From an uncultured Planctomycetaceae bacterium (lineage in GTDB: Bacteria; Planctomycetota; Planctomycetia; Pirellulales; PALSA-1355): a stretch of 64,000 nt of DNA. Below are positions 32,473 to 44,808 of this stretch, piece by piece (the first letter of the stretch is position 1; every line of letters starts with the position of its first letter). The position numbers and the translations under genes are program-made. The notes under the pieces are model-generated. The model worked only from the letters and a program-made list of their open reading frames with translations, searched no databases and was not told the origin of the DNA. The stretch lies in assembly GCA_963785305.1 (NCBI GenBank), contig CAWAUV010000002.1, positions 96,001 through 160,000 of the forward strand, written 5' to 3'.

Positions 32473-34059
32473 TCACGCCGGCTGCATGCCCCGTCGGCCC
32501 GACTCGAGGCACAAACGATTTTCGCGTGCTCAACGGCGCGCCGGGCCGGGTAACGAATTCCACGGTCCGATAGTGCGTCGTCCAGCGCTCGGGCGTGACC
32601 TCGCACGACACATAGCCCCGCTCGGCGTTGAAGAACTTGACGAATGGATTTTCCGCCAGCATCTCCGACGTTTTCTTGTGCTGCTGTGCGCCATCGCCGC
32701 CGGAACTGATCGAGGTGCCGACGAATTCGCTCGCCACCACCGCCGAATCGGGCCGGCTGCTATCGACTTGCAGGTCGTTTGCATAGTTGCTGTGAATGTC
32801 GCCCGTCAGCACCACGGGATTGGCCACGTTGCTCGAGGCGAAGAAGTCGAGCATCCGCCGCCGGTTTGCTTCGTAGCCGGGCCATTGGTCCATGCTGTAG
32901 GCCACATCGGCGCCCAAGGCGCGATCGACCCGCGCCATCATCACCTGCTGGGCGAGCGCGTTCCAGCGGGTCGTGGAAGCCGACAAGCCTTCGCGCAGCC
33001 AAGCTTCCTGCCGCGATCCGAGGAGCGTGCCCGCCGGGTCGAACGTGCCCGCGCAGGGCGGCTTGTTGCCGTTGCCGCAAGGCTGCGGAGTGCGATATTG
33101 CCGCTCGTCGAGCACGAAGAAATTGGCCAGCGCCGAACTCGAGACGGCGATAAAGCAGCATGTCGGGGCCCTGGGGCCTGCGCGGCGCAGCGGCATGTGT
33201 TCGAAATAGGCCTGATACGCTTGGGCTCGCCGCGCTAGAAACGCCTTCGGGTCCGTGCCCGCTTTTTCCGAATGGCTGCCGGCGTAGTCGTTCTGCACTT
33301 CGTGATCGTCGGGCGTCACGATCCAAGGACAATGGGCATGCGCGGCTTGCAGCAACTTGTCGGACTTATACTGCGCGTAGCGGTTGCGATAATCGTCGAG
33401 CGAGTCGCACTCCTTGTCGCCCACATGCTTCCGCACGCTCTTGGCCGAGGCGCCGTATTCATAAATGTAGTCGCCCAGGTGCAACACCAAGTCCAACTCC
33501 TCGCGGGCCATGTGCTCATAGGCGGTATAGTAGCCGTATTCGAAATGTTGACACGAGGCAAACGCCAAACGCAGCCGCTCGGGCTCTTGCTCGGCGGCGG
33601 GCATTGTGCGCGCGCGACCTACCGGACTTGTCTCGCCGGCAGCGTGAAAGCGGTACCAATACCATCGGTCGGGCGCCACGCCTTCGATTTCGACATGCAC
33701 CGCATGGGCGAGCCCGGGACTCGCCACGACCGTGCCGCTCGCGACCAGGTAGTTCATCGCTTCGTCGGCGCCACTTCCCAATCGACTTCGATGTTTTCGC
33801 GAGGCATGCCGCCGCCGATGAGCGGCTCGGGCGCGAGACGCGTCCAGATCACGAAGCCATCGGCGGTCGGATCGCCCGACGCCACGCCCAATTGAAAGGG
33901 ATAACCGCTCAGCTTGACCTCGCGCTTCGTCAGCGCGCTGGCCGGCGCGGCCAATTGCGGCCAAGCCACGGCCACGCCGCCCGCGATTAAGAACTCGCGG
34001 CGGCTCCAATGGCCCACCGCATGCGCGGGAGTTTTTCGCGGGCGATGCAATCCTGCCAT
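32473..34059 (-). CDS. phoD: Alkaline phosphatase D with Tat signal, split by indels
   Basis: SRREFL, FQLGVASGDP, AFASCQH, HLGDYIYE, DDHEVQNDY, DQWPGY and LTGDIH. Confidence 0.92.
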
Positions 34060-34325
34060 GGTCGGGCGCTTCCTCGGGGTTGAAGCAGACGGCGCCCACG
34101 CGACCCGAGGCGCTGACGCTTTTTTGAACGATTACGAACCGCGCGGTTTCATCGTAGAAGCCGAACGCCCGCGATGCAATCAAAGCCGCTCGGCGTTTTT
34201 TCGCCCGGGCGAGCCGTGTGTTCGATTGGGATTGGGCTAGCGCGTAGCAGTGCGCGCGGCGCGTAGATGTTTTCGAGCGAAACGCACTTGACCCGTCGCG
34301 GGCCTTTTTCTACCGTCGCCGGGCT

Positions 34326-35611
34326 ATGTTCGACAAACTATGCCGCTTCGCGCCGATCGGTTTCTTGCTCGCCACGACATTCGTGGCGCTGGCGGCCGAT
34401 CCCGGCGCCTGGCGCCGAGACCGGCGACGGAAATCAGATCGTGCTTCTGAGAAACGGCGAAATCATCGAAGGCGCCGCGCAACGCGCGGGCGATCATGTC
34501 GATGTGACGCAGCGCGATGGCGAGATTCATGTGCGCCTCCGGCGATGTCGAGGCGATCTGCCGCGATATGCAAGAGTGTTATCAAGTGCGGCGGAGTCAT
34601 ATCGTGATCGGCGCGGCCACCGATTATCTCAATTTGGTCGAATGGTGTTTGCGACATTCGCTGCCCCACGAAGCCGAGGCCGCGCTGGCCGAGGCCACGG
34701 TCGTGGAGCCGAATCATCCCAAGTTGGGCGTGCTCCGCAGGCGGCTGGAGTTGGCCCTTGCCCAGCCGGCGACTTCGACCGTGAGCGAGACGCGGAGCGT
34801 GGAACAAACGTCGCTCGAGGAGCTCGACCGCGCGGTGCGCTCCCTGCCGCCGCGCTCGATGGAGCAATTCACCACCACGATCCAGCCGCTCTTGCTCAAC
34901 CACTGCGCGACGGCCGGCTGCCATGGTCCCCAATCTTCGAGCGACTTCCATCTGTTGCGACTGCCGGCCAATCGCACCGCCAGCCGCCGCTCGACCCAGC
35001 GAAACCTCGTGGCGGCGTTGGCGATGATCGATCGCGACGATCCGAGCGCGAGTCCGTTGCTCACGGCCCCGAGCGGACCACATGGCACGACCACCTCGGC
35101 GATCTTTTCAAAACATCAGTCGCAGCAGTTCCGGCAAATGGTCGACTGGGTGTCCCTGGTGTGCGGACGCCGCGTCGAGCCGCTGGCCCGCGACGCCGAG
35201 GGACCGACGGAAATGGCCCCGGCCAGACTTTCGCCGGCGATGCATGAAGCGCGGCCGATCTCGGCCAGCGAGCGCCGGGCCGGCAAGAACGCGAACGGCG
35301 AGCGAACCGCTTCCGGCGAACGCTCTTCGGCCGGCGATGGGCAAGCGTTTGATCGCGCCTCGCCCTGGGCCACGGCTCCGGCCGCCACTCCGGCCAGCGC
35401 CAGCTTGCCCGCCATGCGCCCCGGGGTGCCAAACGCCGGCGCCCCGGGCGGACCGGCGGCAAATTCGCCGGCGCCGGCCAGGGCCTCGCGTTCGGAGTTG
35501 CCACTCTCCGGCAAGCCGGTCCAGCGCGGGGCCGCTGTCGAGACATTCACCCCCACCGACGAATTCGACCCGGCAATCTTCAACCGCAGCCAAGCCGGCC
35601 GGACTCCATGA
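34326..35611 (+). CDS. Secreted hypothetical protein with one CxxxxCH motif, split by indels
   Basis: Signal peptide, IVLLRNGEIIEG and FTTTIQPLLLNHCATAGCHG; Ala/Pro-rich tail. Confidence 0.6.
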
Positions 35612-35632
35612 AGCTCTGCGGCCCCCGCTCGC

Positions 35633-36082
35633 TTATCGCACGGCCTCGACTAAAACCCGCCCGGCCGCGACCAGCGCGAGGAATTCGCGATTGCTGTCGA
35701 GCATGTTTTCCAACCGTTCGAGTTCCGCGAGCGTGTGCCAATGCACCGACTCCACTTCCGCCGGGTCGGGCCTCGGCACGGCGTCGACCGCGAGCGAGCC
35801 GCTCCACCACGCGAGATCCACTTGCCAAGCGGTTTGGCAGCGCCATAACCGACGCCGCGGAATGAATTCGACGCCCAGTTCCTCGCGCAGTTCCCGTCGC
35901 ACGGCCGCCATTTCGCTCTCGCCCGGCTCGAGGCCGCCGCCCGGAAAGCAAAACATGCCGGGCGCCGAGATATTTCGGCTGCGACGTATGACCAGCAGTT
36001 GGGCGCCTCGCGCGATCACGGCCACGGCGCCCCGGCGGCGAACTGGACTATGGCACGATCTCGAGGGGGTGTCGACACGCAT
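35633..36082 (-). CDS. NUDIX hydrolase
   Basis: Nudix box FPGGGLEPGESEMAAVRRELREELGV. Confidence 0.9.
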   Translation of the reverse strand: MRVDTPSRSCHSPVRRRGAVAVIARGAQLLVIRRSRNISAPGMFCFPGGGLEPGESEMAAVRRELREELGVEFIPRRRLWRCQTAWQVDLAWWSGSLAVDAVPRPDPAEVESVHWHTLAELERLENMLDSNREFLALVAAGRVLVEAVR

Positions 36083-36392
36083 GGGGGAAAAGCGATCGGT
36101 TCGTAGACCGGCAAAGCCCGGGGAACGCCAAAATACCTCAGGATTCGCCCTGCCGCGGCGGGGGATCCACTAAAATCTCGCGCCCATGGCGCCGGACTGG
36201 CCGCCCGCGCGAACCGAATGCGGCCCGAGGCGCCGGCGGGGTCGAATTTTGCCCCCGGCGTCGATACAATTCAAACGCCATTAATGTAGTATTCTTGACC
36301 AGCAGCGTATATCCCGGGCGTCGCGGATATCCCGCGGAGCCGCGCGGGGCAGCGCTGCCGTTTTTTTCTTCGGAGGGCGTCAAAAAAACAAC

Positions 36393-38506
36393 ATGGATGA
36401 AAACTCTTCGCCGCCATCGTCCAAGCCGTCCTCGGCGCCCAATCGCACGCCCTGGAGTCTGCCCAGCGTGTTCATGGTGGTCGCCCTCTCGCTGATGGTT
36501 TGGTGGATGTTGGTCCGGTTCAACGGTAGCAGCTCCACCGAAATCAGCTACGACGCGTTCCGCGAACAGTTGCAGGCCGACAACATCGCCACGGCCCGTT
36601 TTGTCGGCAAACGCCAAATCGAAGGCGAGTTTCGCCACGTGCTGCCGGTGGCCGACAAAGCGGCCGCGGCCAAGTCGGACGACTCCAAATCGGGCGCCGG
36701 CAAATCGGGAGACCGCGGGCCGAAAAGCGACAAAGCCGCGGCCGATAAATCGTCGCATGGCGCCGACTCCGACCATGGCGCGACGAAGCCGGAAAAATCG
36801 TCGCCCGACGCCTCGAAGCTTGCCTACTCCGTGGTGCTGAGCCCGCTCCTCGAGGGACATGGCGAAGAGCTCGACCACGAGTTGCTCTCCCACCATGTCA
36901 AAGTCTTGAACGAGCCCGACACCGATGGCTCGGCGATGCTGCTCATGATGTACCTGCTCGTGAGCGTGTCGCTATTTGCCATCGCTTGGATGCTTTGGAG
37001 CCGCATGCGCGATCAGAATGATGGGCGGCGGCATCTTGCAAGGGTTCAGCAAAAGCCCGGCCAAACGCTACGAGGCCTCGACCAAGAACCCGATCACATT
37101 CGCCAATGTCGCCGGGCTCGAAGGCGTGAAAAACGACCTGCAAGAAGTGGTCGACTTCCTCAAAAGTCCCGAGCGCTTTCAGCGCCTCGGCGGGCGAGTG
37201 CCCAAGGGCATTCTACTCATGGGGCCGCCGGGAACCGGAAAAACACTGCTGGCCCGGGCCGTGGCCGGCGAGGCGGGCGTGCCGTTTTTCTCGATCTCGG
37301 GCTCCGAATTCATTCAAATGTTCGTCGGTGTCGGCGCCAGCCGGGTGCGCGATATGTTCAAAACCGCCAAGGAGGCCGCGCCGTCGATTCTCTTTATCGA
37401 CGAGATCGACGCCGTGGGCCGGGTGCGCGGCGCCGGGCTGGGGGGCGGACACGACGAACGCGAGCAAACGCTCAATCAGATTCTCAGCGAGATGGATGGC
37501 TTCAGCCAAACCGAATCGGTGATCGTGCTCGCCTCGACAAATCGCCCCGATGTGCTCGACCCCGCCCTGCTTAGGCCGGGCCGCTTCGATCGGCATATCA
37601 CGGTCGATCGGCCGAATCACAAAGGCCGCGTCGAGATTCTGCAAGTCCACTCGCGCGAGGTGCCGCTGGCCGACGACGTGGATCTCGACCGCATCGCCAG
37701 CGGCTCCGTCGGCATGACCGGCGCCGACCTGCGCAATCTGGTCAACGAAGCCGCGCTCTGGGCAGCGCAACAACGAAGATCAGGTCAGCATGCGCAACTT
37801 CGAACACGCGCACGACAAAGTATTGATGGGCCCCAAGCGCGACGAAGTGCTCACCGGCAAGGAAAAAACCATGACCGCCTACCACGAAGCCGGCCACGCG
37901 CTCTTGGCTTGGTTCGTGCCCGGCGCCGATCGCGTTCACAAGGTCACGATCATTCCCCGCGGTCGCGCTCTGGGCGTGACACAGCTTCTGCCCGACGAAG
38001 ACCGCATGAATATCGGCGAAACCGAGCTGCATGCCCGGCTGGTGTTTATTCTTGGCGGTCGGGCGGCGGAGAAGCTGGTATTCAGTGAGTTCAGCGCCGG
38101 CGCCGAAAACGACCTGACCCAATGCACGCGACTTGCTCGCCGCATGGTCACCGCCTGGGGCATGAGCGAGCGGCTCGGCCCGGTGGCGTATCGGCAGAGC
38201 GAGGAGCACCCGTTCCTGGGCAAGGAAATCTACGAGCAGCGCGAATTCAGCGACCACACCGCGCGGTTGATCGATGAGGAAGTGGCGCGCATCCTGCATG
38301 CCGCCGACCAGCGCACGATGGAGATTCTCGCGCATAAGCGCGAGCAGTTGGATCTTTTGGCCGGGGAGCTTGAAAAACACGAGATGCTCGACGAGCACGA
38401 CATCGAACAACTGATTGGCCCCTCGAGCCGCGGCCGCGCCAAAACCAACGGCCGCGCCGACGCCCCCGACGTCCCCGGCGGCGTGATCGGCCCCGGCATC
38501 CGCTAG
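36393..38506 (+). CDS. ftsH: ATP-dependent zinc metalloprotease FtsH, split by indels
   Basis: Two TMs, [36 protein letters not shown] and HEAGH. Confidence 0.95.
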
Positions 38507-38537
38507 CAGCCAGTTGAATATGTCAACGGGCCGCTAA
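38503..38537. repeat. 35-bp palindromic element, family B
   Basis: CTAGCAGCCAGTTGAATATGTCAACGGGCCGCTAA; contains the ftsH TAG stop. Confidence 0.75.
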
Positions 38538-38587
38538 TGTGCGGCCCGAGATGGAAACACATCAAGCACTGTCGTGCATCGAGGGGT

Positions 38588-38980
38588 TTACAGAATCCGC
38601 GCTTTGATGCGGCGATTATCGGGTCGGGTGGTCCATGATACGAAAGCCAGAATCGTGAAGAGCACGGGGACTATGACTTTTATCGGGGCGTCTCCAACGG
38701 CAAGATGAGATGCCGCCGCGCCGGTGAGATCGAACACAATCCCCGCGTAGGCCCATTCCTTGAGAAGGGGCGCTCGAGGAACGAGGATCGCCACGCAACC
38801 GAGGATTTTCCAGATGCCCAAGATGACACAGAAATATTCCGGGTAACCCAGTTGCTTTACGCCTTCGACGACCGGCTGAATTCTCAATACATCGGCGATC
38901 CCTCCCGATCCCATCACGAATGCAATAACGAAAGTCGCGGTCCAATATGCGATCGCACGCCATTTGGCTGAAGCCATCAT
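38588..38980 (-). CDS. DoxX-like membrane protein
   Basis: LGYPEYF..ILGIWKILG...LKEWAYAGIVFDLTGAAASH. Confidence 0.88.
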   Translation of the reverse strand: MMASAKWRAIAYWTATFVIAFVMGSGGIADVLRIQPVVEGVKQLGYPEYFCVILGIWKILGCVAILVPRAPLLKEWAYAGIVFDLTGAAASHLAVGDAPIKVIVPVLFTILAFVSWTTRPDNRRIKARIL

Positions 38981-39337
38981 GTCACTCCTTGGATTGTGTT
39001 CTCGACATAAGTTCGCAGTATCGGCCTATTAAGTGGCCTCGCGTTCAGGGTGAATCCAGCGTGCGCGTATCCTATTCGCGGCGCTGTTTTGTGGATCGAT
39101 GATAAGCTCACGCGGTTTGATTCACCCTGGCCCGCGCCATTTTGTCGGGAGCGGACAACCGTGACATGCGTCGCGTTGGTTGGTCGTTTGCTTGGGGCGG
39201 CCGAGTGATGACCGACCTTCGCGGACGGAAGTTTGTCGGCCGATTGAACAGGCCGCCGGAGCGAGGAAGCAGCTCGGTGTGGTTTATTACGCGAAGTATC
39301 GCGAGCAGCGCCGGTTGAATTACCCTCGGGCGACCCG

Positions 39338-40207
39338 TCAGCGATCGAAGAGCCGCTCGACGGCGCGGACCGTGGCGGCGCGGCCGGCGCGGCCGATCGA
39401 GGTGGTGAGCGGAATTTTTTTAGGGCACACCGCCACGCAATTTTGGGCGTTGCCGCAAACCTGGATGCCGCCCGGCGCCATCAGGGCATCGATTCGTGTC
39501 CGCGCGTTGAGCTTGCCCGTCGGGTTGGCGTTGTAATAGATCGCCTGGTTGATCGCATGCGCCCCGACGAACGCTTGGTCGAACACCACATCGCGCCGCG
39601 CGGCGTGTTGCACGGCGGTTTCGCCCGGCGCCGGCGGAACATCGATCCGGTCGTATTGCGGACACGCTTCCACGCAGCAGCCGCAGCTCATGCACTCGCT
39701 GAGCGGATAGGCCGCGGTTTGCTGGCTCCGCGATTGGCGCGGGCCGGGACCCAGATCGTAGTAACCGTCGGCCTCGATCCAGGCATGCACTTTTTCGAGT
39801 GCGCGAAACAGCCGCCGTCGGTCGACGCAAAGATCGCGCACCACCGGAAACTTGCTCATCGGACGGAGCTCGATTTCGTCGGGCTGGTCGGCAAGCAGCT
39901 TATCGACCAGGGCCGAACATGCCTGACGCGTGCGGCCGTTGATGAGCATCGTGCAACTGCCGCATACTTCTTCGAGACAATTGGCGTCGTAGGCCACGGG
40001 CGCCACCGGTTTCCCGTCGGCGCTTTTCGCCGAAGCGGCGATCGCTTGGAGCACGCTGGTGATGTTCATGTCCGGAACCCAGTCCAGGCGATGACGTTCC
40101 CAGTAGCTGGGCTTGTCGGCGCAGTCTTGCCGCAACACGCGCACCATGAAGGAGCGACCGGCCGGCGAAGAAGTCGAATGGGCGTCGGAACTGGCGGAAA
40201 CGTTCAT
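39338..40207 (-). CDS. sdhB: Succinate dehydrogenase iron-sulfur subunit
   Basis: CLEEVCGSC...QAC, CMSCGCCVEACP and CGNAQNCVAVCP. Confidence 0.93.
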   Translation of the reverse strand: MNVSASSDAHSTSSPAGRSFMVRVLRQDCADKPSYWERHRLDWVPDMNITSVLQAIAASAKSADGKPVAPVAYDANCLEEVCGSCTMLINGRTRQACSALVDKLLADQPDEIELRPMSKFPVVRDLCVDRRRLFRALEKVHAWIEADGYYDLGPGPRQSRSQQTAAYPLSECMSCGCCVEACPQYDRIDVPPAPGETAVQHAARRDVVFDQAFVGAHAINQAIYYNANPTGKLNARTRIDALMAPGGIQVCGNAQNCVAVCPKKIPLTTSIGRAGRAATVRAVERLFDR

Positions 40208-40233
40208 GCGTGTCCTTTTTCGAGCATGTCTTT

Positions 40234-42289
40234 TTACGATGCATGGGCGCCGACCGAAGCCGGCTTCGAAGCGCCATTGGAGCTCCCCGCGCCTGGCGAA
40301 CCCGCCGCCATCGGCAGCGAGGCCTGCCGACCGCTGAGCGGCGGCCTTGGCGGCGAGGCGTTGTTTCCAAACTTCGTCGATCACTTCGGCGCCCGCCAAG
40401 CCATAGAGCCGCGGGCGAGGCGGGATCAGCGAAGTATCGACCTCTTCATACGTGATGATCGGCTTGCCATCGGGCCCGCAGGTGGCAATCGTGCTTTTGA
40501 CCCATTTGCGAGTGTTTTCCTCGAACCGGTCGCACCATTCTTCCGCATGGCGCCGCTTCTCGGCCGGATCGGTCGCATCAATGCCGGGCATGGAAAACTC
40601 GGGCTTGTAATGCGCCCCGCGACATTCGTCGCGCTGCAGCGCTCCCAAGAGCAGCGCCTTGGCCAGCGGCATCATATCGTTCAGAGCGCGGGCAAACACC
40701 ACGTTTTGATTGGTCCAGTTGCCCGTATCCGAAAGCGAGCAGCGACCGGCGCTCGGCGAGGTCGTCGACCGTGGCGCAGGCGGCCGAAGCGATTCGTTTT
40801 CGCGGACCACGGTGGCGGCCTTCGTCATCACAAGCCCCAAATCCTGGTGCAAGCGATAGGGATTGTCGCCGCCGCCCGGGCGCTTGAGCAGGGTTTCGTA
40901 GGCCGCGCGCGATGCTTGGCGAGCGCGGCTTCCATAGAGACCGGTCTGCTCGGCCGCCGCCTGCTTCGAGCCCGAGAGCAGCTTGGCCACGCCCGGGGCC
41001 ACGAATAGTCCGCTGAAGATGCAGCTCAGCAGCGAATTGGCGCCGAGTCGATTGGCCCCGTGGTACTGATAATCGCATTCGCCGATCGCATAGAGGCCGG
41101 GAATGCTGGTCTGCTGATTGCGCGGCGAGGCGACGACGAGTCCGCCCGTGGCGCTGCGTTCGTAGTCGACCCAAATGCCGCCCATCGAGTAATGCACGGC
41201 CGGAAAGATTTTCATGGGCGTGTCGCGGGGATCGACGCCCTGGAACTTTTCGTAGATATCGAGAATGCCGCCGAGCTTCAGGTCGAGCGTCTCGCGGGGA
41301 ATGTGCGTGAGATCGAGATACACGCAGAGGCGATCCTTTTCCACGCTGAGCCCGTCTTTGGTGCAGACGCTGAAGATTTCGCGCGTGGCGATATCGCGCG
41401 GCACCAGATTGCCGTATTTGGGGTAGCGCTCTTCAAGGAAATAGTAACGCTCGCCCTCGGGAATCGAACGCGGCGGGCGCGGGTCTTGCGGAGTGCGCGG
41501 CGTCCACACTCGGCCGCCCTCGCCGCGAGCGCTTTCGCTCATGAGCCGCAGTTTGTCGGCGCCGGGAATCGCGGTCGGGTGAACTTGAATAAACTCGGCG
41601 TTGCCATATTTGGCCCCGGCCTGATACACGCGACTCGCCGCGCCGCCGGTGCAAACCATCGACATCGTCGAGCCGCCAAACAGGAGCCCGCAGCCGCCCG
41701 AGGCCATAATCACGGCGTCGGCCGGAAAGACCCGAATCTCCATCGTCACCAAGTCTTGGGCCACGCAGCCGCGGCAGACGCCGTGGTCATCGAGCACGGG
41801 CCCGAGAAAGTCCCAGAACTCGAACTGCCGCACCTGGCCTTCGACCGTCCAGCGGCGCACCTGATCGTCGAGGGCGTAGAGCAGTTGTTGGCCGGTGGTG
41901 GCGCCGGCGAACGCGGTGCGTTTGAAGAGTGTGCCGCCGAAGCGGCGCTGATCGCGAAATCCCTCGGGAGTGCGATTGAAAGGCACGCCCAGGCGGTCCA
42001 TCAGGTCGACGATCTTCGGCCCCCATTCGGTCATTTCCTTGACCGGCGGCTGATGCTGGAGAAAATCACCGCCGTACACGGTGTCGTCGAGGTGCAGCCA
42101 CTCATTATCGCCTTGCTGGCGGGTGAGGCTGTTGACGCTATTGATGCCGCCCTGGGCGCAGACGCTGTGCGAGCGCTTGACCGGAGTGAGGCTCAAGAGG
42201 TCGACATCGACGCCGAGCTCGGCCAGCTTCATGGTCGCCGAAAGTCCGGCCAGCCCGCCGCCGACGATTACTACCCGTTGCTTCACCAT
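40234..42289 (-). CDS. sdhA: Succinate dehydrogenase flavoprotein subunit (local indels; end inferred)
   Basis: GGGLAG, RSHSVCAQGG, QVHPT, LMSESARGEGG, HYSMGG, HGANRLGANSL and RDECRGAH. Confidence 0.94.
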
Positions 42290-42298
42290 GAATATCGC

Positions 42299-43120
42299 TC
42301 ACTTGGTTTGAGGGCCCGCGGTAGGATCGAACGCCGTGGCGCGTGGATCATGGGGGCTCGGCGCCGGCGGTTCCTCGCCGCGGAGCCGCAGCCGTTCTTC
42401 TTCCATCCGCTGCTCGACCAACCGGGCCTGCGTGGTGTCGACGTGCATGAAGCCCCACAGGGCGCTGAGCCCCACGGTGGCAAGGAAGAGGCCGGCGACA
42501 ATGCTGATCCAGTTGGCGCGTCGCTGGGCGGCGGGCGTGACCCACAAGCCCCAGGTGATGCCCCAGGTCCAGAGGCCATTGCAGAAATGGTAGACACAGG
42601 CGAGCACCCCGACAACATACACGGGCGGAGCCCAGACCGAGGTTTGCAGCGCCTCGCCAGTCGAACTTGCGGCATGATCCACCACGAACTTGCCGCCACC
42701 CAGGCTGGAGCCCAAATGATGCAAATGGATGATGTGGAAGACGATATAGAAAAACGCGATGATGCCGGTCGCTCGCTGGAGCACATAGCGCACATTGCTG
42801 ATCGTGCGGTAGTGGTTCGTGTTGGGCACGCTGCCGCTGATGATGAGCCAGCCGATGGCGGCGTGAAACATGAGCGGGAGGAAAATGAAAATCCATTCGA
42901 TCGCCGGCAGCGCCACCCCCAGCGAATGGATGCCGTCGACCTTGTCTTGAAACGTGGCCACGTTGTCGAGAATCGTGGCGTTGGTCAGCAGGTGAATCGC
43001 CATGTAGCCACCGATCGGCACGATGCCGCACAGCGAAAACAGGCGATAGATTACGAACTGATGCCTCACGAGAAACGAGCCTTGCGGCGCCGTGACACTA
43101 GCGGGGGGCGAGTTTTCCAC
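42299..43120 (-). CDS. sdhC: Succinate dehydrogenase cytochrome b558 subunit
   Basis: Five TM helices with His residues (HLLTN, MFHA, FHI, YHFCNGLW); first gene of sdhCAB. Confidence 0.9.
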   Translation of the reverse strand: MENSPPASVTAPQGSFLVRHQFVIYRLFSLCGIVPIGGYMAIHLLTNATILDNVATFQDKVDGIHSLGVALPAIEWIFIFLPLMFHAAIGWLIISGSVPNTNHYRTISNVRYVLQRATGIIAFFYIVFHIIHLHHLGSSLGGGKFVVDHAASSTGEALQTSVWAPPVYVVGVLACVYHFCNGLWTWGITWGLWVTPAAQRRANWISIVAGLFLATVGLSALWGFMHVDTTQARLVEQRMEEERLRLRGEEPPAPSPHDPRATAFDPTAGPQTK

Positions 43121-43481
43121 GAACGATTCCTCGGTCTCTCGAGTGACGAACTTCCGCCTCGCGGCCGCCCACACGGCGCTGATCCATCGCGGCGGAAGGG
43201 GCGGCGCGCATTGCAGTTTCCCGCTCTCAAAGTATAGGAACGCGGCGCCGCGTCGCAAGTCGCGTCGGGAGCGAGTGGTTTTCGCGGGGTGAGCCCGGCT
43301 CGCTCGCGCGGGATGTTATTTTATTCGAGTAATACGTTCTGATTATATACAATGCCGTCGAGGGCGTCGGCTGGACCGAGCGGCGGAGCGATTGACCGCT
43401 GAATTTGTCCTCGCCCACGCACAACGCATCGGCGGTCGACGGCGGTTAAATCTCGATCGAATTCTCGCCGGCGGAAAAAAA

Positions 43482-43887
43482 TTGAAGCTGCTCTTTCAAA
43501 TTGGCCTCGTGGCGCTGGGATCGGCGGTGGGGGGAACTCTGCGCTGGGGCGTGGGCGTCGCCGCTTCGAGGCTCTGGGGCGCGACGCTTCCTTACGGCAC
43601 CTTCATAATCAACATGTCGGGCTGCTTGTTTCTCGGCTGGTTCGTCACGCTTGTCGGTGAGAAGCTCGCCTTGAGCGAGCGCGCCTGGCTGGCCCAAGAC
43701 GATCTTCGGCTGCTGGTCGCCGTGGGTTTCACCGGGGCTTATACCACGTTTTCCACCTTCGAACTCGAAACGAGCCGACTGTTTGGCGATGGCGAGTCCG
43801 TGGCCGGTTGGCTGTATGTGCTGCTCAGCGTGGCGATTGGACTCGCGGCGATTCGGCTCGGCGTGGCGCGTGGCGCGGCTTGGCTAA
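43482..43887 (+). CDS. crcB: Fluoride channel Fluc/CrcB (3' indel inferred)
   Basis: GSAVGGTLR, PYGTFIINMSGC and GFTGAYTTFSTF. Confidence 0.92.
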
Positions 43888-43964
43888 GGGCCTTTCCGAG
43901 AACTTCGGCGGGCCCTCGCCCTACCCTCTCCCACGGGGGGAGAGCGAGTTGTCGGATAGGCTCT
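43887..43964. repeat. ~78-bp MITE-like element, family C
   Basis: Imperfect 18-bp terminal IRs (15/18) enclosing a CTCTCCC..GGGAGAG hairpin; second copy at 60842-60917. Confidence 0.7.
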
Positions 43965-43980
43965 CAATGAGCGGTTTTCC

Positions 43981-44739
43981 ATGAACGCCACCGACGCCGA
44001 ACAAATCCTGCTGCGGCTGTATTTGAAAAATACCGATCGCCATCGTTTCGTTTCCGCGGTCGATTGGTTGGTCGAGGCGGCGCGCTCCGAGGGCTTGGCC
44101 GGGGCAACGGTGCTCCGCGGAAAATTTGGCCTCGATTTCGAGGGGCGGTTGCTTGAAAGCCATTTGTGGAGTCTGACAGAACATTTGCCGGTGATTGTCG
44201 AATTCGTCGATCAGCCGCGGCGCATCGGTCGGTTTTTGACGACAATCATGGGAACGCGGGCGCCCGAGTGCGTCGCCACGCTCGAACGCGCGCATGTCAT
44301 GGCCCGTCGCCGCCGCGACTTTGCGAAAGCGCCCTTGCCCGGCACCACCGCGCCGATTCCGGACCTTTCCACCCTGCCTCGCTCCGAGGAGTTTCCGATG
44401 CTCGAACAGGCTGAAAACGGCCAGTTGCTCCGTGTGTTTCTCGGTGAGTCCGACAATTACGAAGGCCAACCGCTGGCGCGAGTCATCGTGCTCAAGGCCC
44501 GAGAGTTGGGCCTGGCGGGCGCGACGGTCTTGCATGGCTCGATGGGCTTCGGCGCGAGCAGCCACCTGCACACCGAACGGCTGCTGGCCCTCTCGACGGA
44601 CCTGCCGGTCGTGGTCGAGCTCGTGGACACGTCCGACAAGATCTCACTATTGCTGCCGTTTTTGGATCAAGTCGTCGAGGAGGGCCTGATTACGATCGAA
44701 AGCGTCCGCGTGCTGAAATATCGGCACAAAGCCAAGTGA
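43981..44739 (+). CDS. Tandem DUF190 (PII-like) protein
   Basis: Two copies of LR.(Y/F)L...D...AR..GLAGATVL.G..G...LPV.VE.VD; follows crcB. Confidence 0.88.
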   Translation: MNATDAEQILLRLYLKNTDRHRFVSAVDWLVEAARSEGLAGATVLRGKFGLDFEGRLLESHLWSLTEHLPVIVEFVDQPRRIGRFLTTIMGTRAPECVATLERAHVMARRRRDFAKAPLPGTTAPIPDLSTLPRSEEFPMLEQAENGQLLRVFLGESDNYEGQPLARVIVLKARELGLAGATVLHGSMGFGASSHLHTERLLALSTDLPVVVELVDTSDKISLLLPFLDQVVEEGLITIESVRVLKYRHKAK

Positions 44740-44808
44740 GAGCCCGTCGGCGACGAAAAGGAATCGCCGCGCCGGCCGATCGCTCTCGATTCGCCGCCGC
44801 CCTCGGAC

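Noticed and set aside
39338..42289. 983-aa SdhA-SdhB fusion in the ORF track
   Set aside because: An alternative frame gives a plausible SdhA end (TAA at 40234-40236), and SdhB has its own ATG and RBS (AAGGA). With the indel rate here, an artefact is more likely.
43290..43481. Fluoride riboswitch upstream of crcB
   Set aside because: No GGnGAUGnnGUnCnCC...UGAnnnCU-type consensus found by eye.
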